From Giardia intestinalis (lineage: Eukaryota): DNA of 64,000 nucleotides. This document shows positions 1 through 10,242 of the stretch, piece after piece; within the stretch, counting starts at the first letter, position 1; every line of letters starts with the position of its first letter. The DNA lies in NCBI GenBank assembly GCA_000002435.2, contig CM018792.1. One strand, written 5' to 3'. The notes below the pieces were generated by a model. The model ran no database searches. It had not been told where the DNA came from and worked only from the letters and a program-made list of their open reading frames with translations. Both the position numbers and the translations under genes were made by a program.

Positions 1-3000
1 TAAGTGGCTTATCTGCTTCTGTGGTCATGCTCATATAATAATCAGCTTTGTGGGAGAAGAAGTGCAGCCGAAGAGTATCACCAAGAGTGGCTTGGACAGA
101 GCCATCGGGGGATATGGAGATAGTGTCCAGCCCCGACTTAGAATCGTACATGACATTCATCTTACCGCACTCATCAAAGACTGCCATGAGACCAATAGGA
201 AGCTGGACAAATACGGTTGGTGTCTGTACAGATATGCGGGTGTCCTCTGTACAGAGCTTCTTCAGCGCCCTTACAAACCGAGATGGGTCCTCGTGAATGA
301 TTTGTTTGTCTATAGTAAATATGTTAGAAATGATATTCTCGAACCAATATTTATTGTCTAAATCTGTTAAGTCTTTGGATGTGCGAAGAATTTCGACGGC
401 GTCCTTGTGGATTAGACTGTCAGAAAGGTGAGCAATTGTCATGATATTCTTGAAAGAGCAATAGTGAAGCATGACGCGATCTGACGTGAAGATGTAAGGA
501 ATGATGGTAGGAAGATCGATCGTTGTAAGCTCATGACTTGCAACGAAATCATCGGGGTCAACCACCCGGGCGTGGATTCCTTTTGCATAGTAGATGTTGC
601 CCTTATTAAGAGGTTTGGTACCAGTGCATGGCATTGGTGGCTCTTTAAGCGTCTCGGCTCTAAATGGTTCATAGAATATGCTGGTTGGGCATGTGAAAAT
701 GACAAGAAACGATGTAGAGAATTGTCTAGAGAGCCTATCTGTCTGAGAAATAAACACCCCTTTGCGAGCGATGTCATCATACAAGTTAGTTTCGTCACCC
801 AGAGAAACGTCCTGAGCATTCTGAATGGAAGCCTTCGAGCTTGGATCTTCGAGCTGGGGTGGAGATGTAGCTTGTAAGTCGGAAACACCCGCCTTAGCTG
901 TATCTATCCCTTCCAAAGCATCTGGGATCGAAAATGTCTTCTCAGTAGGGTGAAGCATAGAGGATGCGGCTGAGTCCTGCTTGACTACTGACAAGATGCT
1001 AGCAGCATCCTCCTCGAGGTTTCCTGCCTCATCTAGGTCTACATACATTGCGTAATGACTAGCAGGAAATTCGGCATAGATACGCACCATATCTCTCCGC
1101 AACTCATATGACAGTCGTACTATGGGGAAACGGGTTGTCTTCCCCGTGTAGTGCTGCTTAAATTCGTGAAGAAGAGAGAGCCAGGGGTCGCTGTCGGCAG
1201 TAACCTCGAGCACATTGAAGTCAACGTCAAGAAAGATCTTGGTAAGCTTCAAGCGCTGCTGCCCTATGTACAAGAACATTAGAAGATCATGTCTATACTT
1301 GATGAGGACCTTACTTCCCATATAGGTGATATGAATGCCTCGTGATGCTAAGAACAAGTGCAGGTAGCTTGAGGTAGGCCGAGTGCCAAGCACAGAGGTC
1401 CCTGGAGCCGGTAGCGCACGTTCGCGCCGGGTCTTCTCCTCATCTACAAGGGTTTTTAGTTCAGTAAGCTTTCGCTTTCGACGCCTCCACTCTATTTGCT
1501 GCAAGGATTCACGCTCCCGATCTTTTTTGGTTTTGGCAGCGCCAACCGATCGCTGCATAGAGCTATCCGCTGTGCAAGGTTTTGAAGCCTCGTAAAATAT
1601 CCGTTCTATGTAACGCTCAGCATACTGCAAGTCTACTTCTGGTGTCGGAGAAAACGGTGTTGAGACCTGTCCAACAACCACAGTTGAGAGGTTGACAGGA
1701 CGAAGAGAAACTCGTATGCTCAAACCAGAACCGTTAACAATCTTGTGAAGAATAACGCCTGAGGCAGGTATGGATTCTACACAATGCATGGCACCGCCTC
1801 TGCTGTAATGGGCAACATATGCAGAGGTGTCTGCACTGCGCAAGTCGAACTGTGTTGCAAGAGTGTCAATACTAATATCAAAATCTGGCAAAACTGTTGT
1901 ATCTAACAATAAGGGTAACGCCTTCTTCTTATCGTCATCTTCATGGAGTTGTAGTTGCTCTGGCTCTTGTATGTACGCAGCCAAGAGCCGGTTAGGAACA
2001 TAAAGGACAGGGTCGGGTGCAGCTGGCTGTTCATGTACTGGTGATTCTGCCTCTGGTTCTACCTCATCTGCTTGTGGAGACCCAACTTGTTTGGTCCAGT
2101 AGTTAGATGCCAGTCCCACACTTCCGAAACACTCACTGAGCACCAAATTACTATTCAAAAAGTTGCCAGTGGAGCTTAGAAACATGTGAGTGGGGGGAGA
2201 AATTGGGCTGGTGTCAATGAATTCGGAGGCAAGGGGAAAGATGGGCCTAGTGTACTCGCTAAGAGATGGTAGTTCTTGGCGATCGTCTGCAAGGCTGAAG
2301 GAGTTTGCACAGGAGACATCGCGGAGTGATGAAGTAGCTTTAGTAGCAGGGTCTTTCTCCTTTCTTGCACCCGGCTTATCTGCTCTGACATCTCTGGATA
2401 GCACCACATTCTTAAGGCTGGAGACATGTGCTTCTGTGATGCTTTGTTCGGTTGCAGATGCTGGGTCATACAATATAGAGTTTCCCGTCTGGAAAGAAGA
2501 GGACTTATCTCCAGGAATGCGGTAGCGCCGGGTTAAAGGAATAATCGAAGGTAAAAGAGGAACATACTCAGTTAGATTTGGTTGGTTCTTGGAAGGCTCA
2601 GGCGGTTCCTCCCTTTGCACCAGGGTCTGCTTCTCTTCCTTAGACTTTCCCTGCTGCGTAGACTTTGATCGCTGCTCCACCTGCGCCTCTGTATAATACT
2701 GACTCCATATCTGAGGGTAATTATTCGATAAAAACGACTCATCAGTGAGTATGGATTGAATAAGAGGCGTGTTGATCCAGACTCCAAACATAGGGACAGT
2801 ATTGAAAAGGGAAAACAGATCGTCTTTGAATTGAGCTAGAAGATGTGCTTTGCTGTGTTGCAGCGGAACTACGTCTGAAGTGACCACCAGATTGACAGAC
2901 TTATTATCGACGTCAACGGAGATACTATACGTCGACATACTAGCAAGGGTGTCCAGCATCGTGGCATAGTCTAAGTCCTTGTGGGAAAACTCCATCACTA

Positions 3001-5698
3001 CAGCTCCAAGTGAGATGTTGACAACTGCATCAGGATGGATGCCATATGATCGGTCAGCTTGAGCCGCATGATCGAAAGATGAACCCTTCACCCCTTGGAT
3101 GGCAGAGGTAATTGCAGACTCCTTGACATGCATCTGGTAGTAATCGATTTGGTTTGCTTTCTCTCCGGATTCATTACTTGCTTCCTTAGAGCAAAACGTA
3201 GCTCCATTTTCTCCTGTAGAGTTACCATTCTCTTCCTTGCACGACCCATGGTCAGATGGTACTGGCTGTGATCTCCTTAGTTTATTCAAAAGAGACATAA
3301 GTGCCAAAAGGTCGTAACTGGCTGCCTTAAGACGGATATCATTGATGTGCTTTTCCCTCTCGACGGCCTCTGCTTCTACGTAATTTTCTACCCGAAAGGT
3401 AAATCCGCTCGAGACTCTAACCGTAGATTCATATGTTGTGGTTATCTTGTGCGGCATTACCCCGAAGAATGCATTCAGCAACGACGGTGCTAATTTGTTT
3501 GAGTTAATTGTGTGCTCAGCTTCGGAGTTCTGGAGCGTGTGGATAGTGAGAGAGGTGGCCCCCGTTGCTGCAGATATTATTGCAGATGATATTGAAATGA
3601 GCTCCTGCCGATTCGAAGTAGAGGTTTCGAGTAGCGCCATGAGTGGTTCTGTATAAAGAGATACCGGACGATTAATTCTAGCTGAAAAGTAAGTACCCAA
3701 TTGCTTGGATGAGTGGGCATCTTTCTCGCTGAAGCTATCTGCCGAACATTGTTGGTCATTGGCATGAGGTTCATCCTTCGGGTTGCCTTCTTCAGAAGTA
3801 GCAATCTTATCTCCTAACTCTGTGCTGAGAAGCATAGTATCAATGGCACTAATATCAAAGTGATTCTCCGCTAAGCTCTGTGTACTAAGATGTTGGACAA
3901 GAGCACTGAGGTCTGAGTGCCCCGCTTCGGTCACCGCCGGAGCATCGGGTGGTTGATTGGCAGTAGCCGTGGTAGCTCCCGCGGAGCTGCTGGCCTTGCT
4001 GCCAGATCGCTGGGCATGATTGCTTTTTGGTCTTGTAGAGATTACTGCTTGCTCTTCCACGAGTGCTTCCTGTGCTCGACGCTTCTGTTCATGACCCTTT
4101 TGAATCAGATCATCTAAGGCACTAAACTGCCGGAGCATACACTCCATAATAACGGAAACTCTATTCTGATCAGTAGCGGGCATTCTAGACACATCATCGA
4201 GATATCCGGAGAGTAGAAACGAAATCAGGGCACTTTGTTTAGTCTTTCCTTGAGGCGGTCCTAATGTTTCCTCAGGCAAGTCAACAGAGAGTATGTTTGA
4301 GTAGATATGTGCTGCAGATCCTTCGTCAGCCGATGAGCTAGTATACTGTCCTTGGAGAGGCCAGGGCTTGCAAACTGCTTCGTGGGCCAGTAGATCAACA
4401 CCCAGTCGTGAATGCAGATCATGAGAGAAAAACTCATTCATAAATGAACCATTATGCATTCGAGACAAGACCAAAAGCTTGTCTTCAAAGAAGTTTTCAA
4501 GTGTGGGCAAGATCACTGTGTCAGAGACCTCCTTCTGATCTTTTCCTGGCTTTTGTTGGGCTTTTGCTCCATCAGCAGGAACTGGAAATGTGTATATGCC
4601 TTCTACGGGAAGAAGGGCCTTACTTATTCTACGATAGCGTATGTGCTTCAGGCCCTGGGCATGCTTCTGACGATAGTACCCTTCACTACAGAAGTCGAGA
4701 TCCGACAGGTATGAAACGTGGTTACTTGTAAGCCAGTGTTGATAGAACTTTGGTGAAAGCAGGAGCGTGTTAATTATGCGTAGAAGGTCCTTCTGGATGA
4801 TGGAGCACGCTATCAACTGCTCGCTGAAACTATCCTTCACTCTCCCCAGAAAAGCTTTTTCATCCTTAGCCGGTATGGTAGAAATCTTGTCATGCTTCAT
4901 ATAAGCGATATAAAACTGCGTGTATTTGCCTTGATTCCTGATATGAAAGAATGGAATAGTCCTGATTCGAAGGTCAGCGTCGCAATGTTGGTAACGGTAT
5001 GAAAACAGATTATAGTTTGTAGTAAAGGGAGACACGCCCTTTGTATAATTGAGTGGGATGCCTAGCTTTAGAAGAAGATCTCTAAAATTAGAGTCAGTGA
5101 TCCACGTGGTGTTCATGTCTTCGTGAAGAATAAGGACTCCGCCGAAGCATACGCCAGCACGGGCACAGTCAAGAGCAAATTGTTCATGGGGCTGCACCTT
5201 TGGAGGCCCTTTTCTTTGGAGGATAACGCCTGGAGCGTCACCGTCCGGGGTGTTGTCTGTGGTCAGCTGAGAGTCAGCGATGTCTGTCTGCGAAGCATTT
5301 GCGACAGCATAGTGAGAGTAAAAGTGAAAGTTAGCAACAAGAACCACAATGTACTCCGCAACAAGTGCGGTGTCTGGGAGTGGATTGATAGTCTGCTTTC
5401 CTTGTTTCTTGGTATCAGGTGAAGACCGTTGAGACACAAGGGCACAGAAATCCCGCAGAAATAGAAGCTTATCAGTCGCAGTATTAGCGACAGGGTCGCC
5501 AAGCTGCAAGTGCCCAAGACTTGCAGGCTTCAGCTCTGGAGGAAGATCCCTTGCTAGAGTGGGATAGTTTAAAGAGTAGAGCCGCGGGACATAGCCAGAC
5601 GCTATCTGTGCTGACACGGGATCCCACAGCACATTGGAGTTCTGAAGCTCCACATGGATGAGTAGAACCCGGGGATCCATTCGACAAACACCAGCCAT
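1..5698 (-). CDS. Large hypothetical protein, 3'-truncated by the window edge (at least 1899 codons; N-terminus MAGVCRMDPRVLLIHVELQNS... at 5698)
   Basis: Not in the ORF track because it has no in-window stop. Every listed minus-strand ORF in 1-5700 falls in the two other frames (codon top coordinates congruent to 0 or 2 mod 3). The frame congruent to 1 mod 3 has none, as expected for one continuous open frame. I hand-translated minus-strand codons over 2-241 (80 codons, no tta/cta/tca on the + strand) and 5600-5698, and all were open. The ATG at 5696-5698 is preceded on the minus strand by AT-rich 'taaaatttactg'. No family was recognised. Confidence 0.55.
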   Translation of the reverse strand, partial: MAGVCRMDPRVLLIHVELQNSNVLWDPVSAQIASGYVPRLYSLNYPTLARDLPPELKPASLGHLQLGDPVANTATDKLLFLRDFCALVSQRSSPDTKKQGKQTINPLPDTALVAEYIVVLVANFHFYSHYAVANASQTDIADSQLTTDNTPDGDAPGVILQRKGPPKVQPHEQFALDCARAGVCFGGVLILHEDMNTTWITDSNFRDLLLKLGIPLNYTKGVSPFTTNYNLFSYRYQHCDADLRIRTIPFFHIRNQGKYTQFYIAYMKHDKISTIPAKDEKAFLGRVKDSFSEQLIACSIIQKDLLRIINTLLLSPKFYQHWLTSNHVSYLSDLDFCSEGYYRQKHAQGLKHIRYRRISKALLPVEGIYTFPVPADGAKAQQKPGKDQKEVSDTVILPTLENFFEDKLLVLSRMHNGSFMNEFFSHDLHSRLGVDLLAHEAVCKPWPLQGQYTSSSADEGSAAHIYSNILSVDLPEETLGPPQGKTKQSALISFLLSGYLDDVSRMPATDQNRVSVIMECMLRQFSALDDLIQKGHEQKRRAQEALVEEQAVISTRPKSNHAQRSGSKASSSAGATTATANQPPDAPAVTEAGHSDLSALVQHLSTQSLAENHFDISAIDTMLLSTELGDKIATSEEGNPKDEPHANDQQCSADSFSEKDAHSSKQLGTYFSARINRPVSLYTEPLMALLETSTSNRQELISISSAIISAATGATSLTIHTLQNSEAEHTINSNKLAPSLLNAFFGVMPHKITTTYESTVRVSSGFTFRVENYVEAEAVEREKHINDIRLKAASYDLLALMSLLNKLRRSQPVPSDHGSCKEENGNSTGENGATFCSKEASNESGEKANQIDYYQMHVKESAITSAIQGVKGSSFDHAAQADRSYGIHPDAVVNISLGAVVMEFSHKDLDYATMLDTLASMSTYSISVDVDNKSVNLVVTSDVVPLQHSKAHLLAQFKDDLFSLFNTVPMFGVWINTPLIQSILTDESFLSNNYPQIWSQYYTEAQVEQRSKSTQQGKSKEEKQTLVQREEPPEPSKNQPNLTEYVPLLPSIIPLTRRYRIPGDKSSSFQTGNSILYDPASATEQSITEAHVSSLKNVVLSRDVRADKPGARKEKDPATKATSSLRDVSCANSFSLADDRQELPSLSEYTRPIFPLASEFIDTSPISPPTHMFLSSTGNFLNSNLVLSECFGSVGLASNYWTKQVGSPQADEVEPEAESPVHEQPAAPDPVLYVPNRLLAAYIQEPEQLQLHEDDDKKKALPLLLDTTVLPDFDISIDTLATQFDLRSADTSAYVAHYSRGGAMHCVESIPASGVILHKIVNGSGLSIRVSLRPVNLSTVVVGQVSTPFSPTPEVDLQYAERYIERIFYEASKPCTADSSMQRSVGAAKTKKDRERESLQQIEWRRRKRKLTELKTLVDEEKTRRERALPAPGTSVLGTRPTSSYLHLFLASRGIHITYMGSKVLIKYRHDLLMFLYIGQQRLKLTKIFLDVDFNVLEVTADSDPWLSLLHEFKQHYTGKTTRFPIVRLSYELRRDMVRIYAEFPASHYAMYVDLDEAGNLEEDAASILSVVKQDSAASSMLHPTEKTFSIPDALEGIDTAKAGVSDLQATSPPQLEDPSSKASIQNAQDVSLGDETNLYDDIARKGVFISQTDRLSRQFSTSFLVIFTCPTSIFYEPFRAETLKEPPMPCTGTKPLNKGNIYYAKGIHARVVDPDDFVASHELTTIDLPTIIPYIFTSDRVMLHYCSFKNIMTIAHLSDSLIHKDAVEILRTSKDLTDLDNKYWFENIISNIFTIDKQIIHEDPSRFVRALKKLCTEDTRISVQTPTVFVQLPIGLMAVFDECGKMNVMYDSKSGLDTISISPDGSVQATLGDTLRLHFFSHKADYYMSMTTEADKPL

Positions 5699-5725
5699 CA
5701 GTAAATTTTACTTAAGATGAAGGCC

Positions 5726-6388
5726 TCACTTCTTAGACTTGGTTTTTGCATTCTTGGAGCTCTTCTTGGCCTTTACCTTTTTCAACTTGGACGTGAGATC
5801 CTCGGCACTAAAAAGTAGATTGCTTCGTATGTGATCCTCTCGAGTTTGCTTGGCCGCATGCCAATCATACTTGAGGGGCACCAACAGCTTCGCTATTTCG
5901 TCAGAGCGTTTCGAGACCGCTACCTGATAAGCAGACAACCCGGCGTCATTAAGGATCCGCATATCTGGATTGTACTTGAGAATGATCTGTACGATGTCAC
6001 CATGACCATGTTGGATTGCTTGATGAAGCGCAGTATTTCCAGAAGCATCGGTGGCATTGACATCAATTCCATGCTGCAAGGCTATACGTGCTATTTCTTC
6101 GGATCCATCGATTGCAGCGCGGTGTAAAATGGTGCCCCCGTTGCACGAGATATCAGGAGTTCCAACTGAGAACCCATTTCGCAGCAGAAAGTCCAGCACT
6201 GTGGAGTTTTTGGAGGCTGCACAAATGTGAATTGGCGGAACTTCATATTGATATGATGATAAAGCTGTGAGGGGAAAGCTTAGGAGCCGCTGTATTTCAG
6301 CTATATTAGAGCTAGAGATATAGGAAAGGAACAAGGAAACTGTATGCTGCTCCCTGTTATCTAATTCACGGCGACTGGCGAGGGTCAT
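5726..6388 (-). CDS. Ankyrin-repeat protein with Lys-rich C-terminal tail
   Basis: Three to four ankyrin repeats (TILHRAAIDGSEEIARIALQHGIDVNATDASGNTALHQAIQHGHGDIVQIIL). C-terminus KKVKAKKSSKNAKTKSKK. Lies 28 bp upstream of the start of the large gene at 5698. Confidence 0.8.
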   Translation of the reverse strand: MTLASRRELDNREQHTVSLFLSYISSSNIAEIQRLLSFPLTALSSYQYEVPPIHICAASKNSTVLDFLLRNGFSVGTPDISCNGGTILHRAAIDGSEEIARIALQHGIDVNATDASGNTALHQAIQHGHGDIVQIILKYNPDMRILNDAGLSAYQVAVSKRSDEIAKLLVPLKYDWHAAKQTREDHIRSNLLFSAEDLTSKLKKVKAKKSSKNAKTKSKK

Positions 6389-6394
6389 TTTTTG

Positions 6395-6985
6395 TCAGAC
6401 AAGATAGACATCCAAGACTTGAACGACGGGCTCGCCATCAACAAGACTTGCGAGCATCACACTCTTATGATACCGGTGTGCAAGCTCGCAGAGAGACGCT
6501 ACACCGGTAGACGTCCCCGTCACAACTTGGAGAAGGAAATCTGAGTGAGCTTGCTCGGGAGTTGGTACTCTATAAACGGTATAGTCACAGCCAAATTTAA
6601 TCCCATTACGGGGGTACAGACCATGGTTGAGGCGAAGTTGCTTGAAGATGATGTAATCAGCGAGGACGGTGTTCCAATCTTTGACCTGCACGGGGGCATT
6701 CAGGTCACACTGAAGCAGAAAGCCATCGTGTTCGACTGCAAAGCTCGCCTCGGAGGGCCGGAGAATAAGCTCTGTGTTGCCTGCGTCCCTACTGACATAT
6801 TGCCCGTATCCAGCTCTCCACAGAGCCTTAGCCATTGTCTCGTCCAAGACATAGATGGATCCTGCTCGAAGGGTAATAAGCTTCGGTGGGATGTTTCGGA
6901 TATTTATCGCTTCAGGCTCGACTTCCGTCGTTAGCGTTTCAGCAGGCCCGTCCTGGAAGGGTAATTCACCCAGGGAAAGAGCCAT
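6395..6985 (-). CDS. tRNA-intron (splicing) endonuclease catalytic-subunit-like protein (Sen2/Sen34/EndA family)
   Basis: The C-terminal half carries the EndA catalytic signature GIKFGCDYTVYRVPTPEQAHSDFLLQV (G-x-K-F-G-x-D-[FY]-x-V-Y ... H-S-[DE]-[FY]-L-V) and a downstream YHK lysine. The stop is only 6 bp from the start codon of the ankyrin gene. Confidence 0.5.
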   Translation of the reverse strand: MALSLGELPFQDGPAETLTTEVEPEAINIRNIPPKLITLRAGSIYVLDETMAKALWRAGYGQYVSRDAGNTELILRPSEASFAVEHDGFLLQCDLNAPVQVKDWNTVLADYIIFKQLRLNHGLYPRNGIKFGCDYTVYRVPTPEQAHSDFLLQVVTGTSTGVASLCELAHRYHKSVMLASLVDGEPVVQVLDVYLV

Positions 6986-7006
6986 AGTTTATTAAAATAA
7001 AGTGAA

Positions 7007-10000
7007 ATGCCCGTCACTGGCGTCAAGGTGGCCGTGCGCATTCGACCGCTCAACTCACGGGAGAAGGATATGAAGTCCAAGGTGTGCGTGGACACCCCGA
7101 CAGCAAACAGGGTAGTCATCTTTGACCCTAATGGTGATAAGAAGGCACACACGTTCATTTACGATTATGCGTACTGGTCATTGGATGGTCGGTATGAAAA
7201 AGCTACTCAGGACGTTGTCTATAGAGACCTAGGGGCTAATATTCTAAATAACGCCTTCGAAGGCTACAACTATACGATTTTTGCATATGGTCAGACAGGC
7301 TCTGGGAAATCATACACCATGATGGGATCGCTGCAGAATGAGACCGAAGCTGGCCTAATTCCTCGAGCCTGCAGGGAGCTATTTCAACGAATAGAAGCAT
7401 ACGAGGAGGCAGATCCTGCCCACACGACAGAGTTCCAGGTCTCCGTTTCCTACCTCGAAATTTACAATGAGAAACTAAAAGATCTGCTGACCTCAAAGAG
7501 TAAGCAGCGTGAGCTAAAGATCCGGCAGGATCCCAAGACCGGGGTCTTTGTGCAGGACCTCAGCCACCACGCAGTTCGCAGTGCCTTTGAGATACAGAGG
7601 CTGCTGGACATAGGCGATAAAAATAGAACGGTTGCATCAACTAATATGAATGCTACCAGCTCCCGCTCTCACTCAGTTTTTACAATCATGTTCAAGAAGA
7701 TAACTATTAAACACAATAGTTCGGGTAAGATATGTGGAAAGTCGCAGCTCTCCTCCACCATAAGTCTTGTCGACCTGGCTGGATCTGAAAGGCTTGCTTC
7801 AACGGGTTCTGTGGGCGCCCAATTTGTCGAGGGAGTGTCTATCAACCAATCTTTAACGACCCTTGGCATGGTCATTGAAGGGTTGGCCTACAATTCCAGC
7901 TGTGAGTCGAAGAAGAAGCACAAGTTCATTCCATATAGAGATTCACAACTCACATATCTTCTTCAGGATGCGCTGGGTGGGAACGCCATGACCTGCATGG
8001 TTGCTACCATCTCTCCAGCAAATATAAATTATGATGAATCTATCTCCACCCTACGGTATGCAGACAGAGCAAAGCACATTAAGAATGTCGTCCAGAAGAA
8101 CGAGACGGCACAAGAGCGTTACATTAAAGAACTGGAAGACCGTGTAAAGGAGTTGGAGAAGATGCTCATTAATGGCACGCACCCAGCTAACACCGCCGAC
8201 GCTGCTGGATCAACAGAGGGGGAGGCAGACATACGGGCCAAAATAGAGGAGTATGAGCGGCTACTTCAGGTGACGAACATCAATTATGAGAAGCAGCTCG
8301 AACAGTCTGCTCGCATTCAAAAGGATCTTGAAAAGAGACTAATTGAGATGGGAATAGAGCTCACGTACGGTGCTAAAGTTAATGTACCGTATATCTCAAA
8401 TCTGAACGCTGATTCAGCCATGTCGCACACGTTGCTATTTAAATTGGGGACCACAGAAGATCTCATGGCTCACACCGAAGTGACCACTGTTTGTGGCTTC
8501 AAAATGCAGGATACCATTCCAAGTACCTACCGAATCAAGTTGCCGTCTGTTTTGGGGGTTGCCCCGAGCCACTTTAAGGTTCGTAACACAAATAAGGTAA
8601 TAGCTATGGATAACCAGCAAGGCTATTGCCTGTATCCGAAGATGATTGCTGTCTATGTGAGTGTTCTGGATAGCAAGTACCCCATTTTCATCAACGGAGT
8701 AGAGCTCACAGTAGGCACTGAGCGGTTGCTTCAGCACGGGGATCGAATCCTCTGTGGGGCTTGTCTGGAATCCTCCTTCTTCTGCTACAATGACCCTATA
8801 GCAGTTAAGTATGCCAATGACAAGGCGAAAGCATCAAGCCTTACGTTTGTTCCGCCGGAGATCACGTGGGACATGGCTCACGAGGAGTATATGAAGCACC
8901 AAACAGGTGGAGACGACGTAGAGGAGGAGAACCCGTTGCGCGTCGAGGGAAGCTTTTTAGCATCTCCACAGACACACCAGGAGGACGGTGCAGATCTAGG
9001 CAAGGTGCCAGAGGCTAGGCGTGGAGCAGAGGATCATGCTTCAAAGGATGACCTCCGTACAGAGGGCGAGAAGAATGTGCACAGAGCTATCAAGAAAATG
9101 TACCCGTATATCTGCGAGGCCAATGCGCTTGCAGACTTTTTTGACTATCATACTCGTTTTTCTCTGGAGATCCGCAGTTTAATTGAGCCAGATCAGGAAT
9201 CCAATATGCGCCCCATCAGGAAGAACGCTATAGAGGTTGTGGTAACAGATATAGATGAAAATCCCAACACGGGGGAGGTTTCTGCTATCAAGCAGACGTG
9301 GAGTGTCAATAAGTTTATTCAGCGCTTTACAATTATGAAAAATATGTATGAACACGCCATCCAGTGCGACAGCAAGGAGATTGCCCTTGAGTATGCACGG
9401 GAGCGCTGTAATAGCGATGACTACACTGCAGACGAGTTCCCCTTTGACTTTGACGCGGTTGACGAGATCCGCTTCACTGCTCACCTCATAGGTACATGCC
9501 GTCTCTGCTTGAAAGATATCATCTTCAAGGATGTTCACGTTCAAGGTCGTCTCCAGTTCTCGGATTATCGTGGACGCCCAATGTCAGAAGTCGATTCAGA
9601 AGTGGACAGAGCTATTTCAAATGCAGATCACTACGACGACATTGCGCTGGACGATGTATCCAACGTCTCCATTCGCTTCCACTTTCACAAGGCTTACGGG
9701 GTCCCCGTTATTTACACCAAGAATGTGCATGTAGTGGTCCATTATCCCTCGTTCATGGCGAACTCTGAGAGGCCGGATTGCAGGCTTACAGAGGCCCAGG
9801 AAAACACATTTCGCCGGAAGCTTCTGGCAAACGACTGCGGGATAGCATCGAAGCCTAGCGTGGAGATCAGTATCAATCCCCTTCTTGACAGCATAGTCTA
9901 CATAGATATACCCGCTAAGTATTTCGCCGACCCCGCTGTCAAGGAATGGCTCCTAGACTCTAAGAATGGGATTCTTCTATCCTTGTATGGATACAACAGC

Positions 10001-10228
10001 AACATTTACGACACATCAACGCCTGTTTCACACATTGAAGCTCCTACACCAATCCATGAGATCCCAATTCAAAATGACGCCGATTCAGCCCAAAAAGGGA
10101 AGGTAACCATCAACGCCCGGAATGTAATTAAAACGCAGCAGATGCCCGACAAGGAAGAGGAGGCAGAGGATGGCTCAAAGATAATAGTTCGTCGGCAGAT
10201 ATTCTTCATAGACATCAATAAGAGGTAG
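7007..10228 (+). CDS. Kinesin-3 family motor protein (motor domain followed by an FHA-like domain), normal GC content
   Basis: Motor domain begins MPVTGVKVAVRIRPLN, with P-loop FAYGQTGSGKSYTM, switch motifs NMNATSSRSHSVF and VDLAGSER, and neck YIKELEDRVKELE. An FHA-like region (HFKVRNTN...INGVELT...HGDRI) lies downstream, as in Unc104/KIF1. The ATG follows an AT-rich 'ttattaaaataaagtgaa'. Confidence 0.9.
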   Translation: MPVTGVKVAVRIRPLNSREKDMKSKVCVDTPTANRVVIFDPNGDKKAHTFIYDYAYWSLDGRYEKATQDVVYRDLGANILNNAFEGYNYTIFAYGQTGSGKSYTMMGSLQNETEAGLIPRACRELFQRIEAYEEADPAHTTEFQVSVSYLEIYNEKLKDLLTSKSKQRELKIRQDPKTGVFVQDLSHHAVRSAFEIQRLLDIGDKNRTVASTNMNATSSRSHSVFTIMFKKITIKHNSSGKICGKSQLSSTISLVDLAGSERLASTGSVGAQFVEGVSINQSLTTLGMVIEGLAYNSSCESKKKHKFIPYRDSQLTYLLQDALGGNAMTCMVATISPANINYDESISTLRYADRAKHIKNVVQKNETAQERYIKELEDRVKELEKMLINGTHPANTADAAGSTEGEADIRAKIEEYERLLQVTNINYEKQLEQSARIQKDLEKRLIEMGIELTYGAKVNVPYISNLNADSAMSHTLLFKLGTTEDLMAHTEVTTVCGFKMQDTIPSTYRIKLPSVLGVAPSHFKVRNTNKVIAMDNQQGYCLYPKMIAVYVSVLDSKYPIFINGVELTVGTERLLQHGDRILCGACLESSFFCYNDPIAVKYANDKAKASSLTFVPPEITWDMAHEEYMKHQTGGDDVEEENPLRVEGSFLASPQTHQEDGADLGKVPEARRGAEDHASKDDLRTEGEKNVHRAIKKMYPYICEANALADFFDYHTRFSLEIRSLIEPDQESNMRPIRKNAIEVVVTDIDENPNTGEVSAIKQTWSVNKFIQRFTIMKNMYEHAIQCDSKEIALEYARERCNSDDYTADEFPFDFDAVDEIRFTAHLIGTCRLCLKDIIFKDVHVQGRLQFSDYRGRPMSEVDSEVDRAISNADHYDDIALDDVSNVSIRFHFHKAYGVPVIYTKNVHVVVHYPSFMANSERPDCRLTEAQENTFRRKLLANDCGIASKPSVEISINPLLDSIVYIDIPAKYFADPAVKEWLLDSKNGILLSLYGYNSNIYDTSTPVSHIEAPTPIHEIPIQNDADSAQKGKVTINARNVIKTQQMPDKEEEAEDGSKIIVRRQIFFIDINKR

Positions 10229-10242
10229 AACAACAGGTTGTC

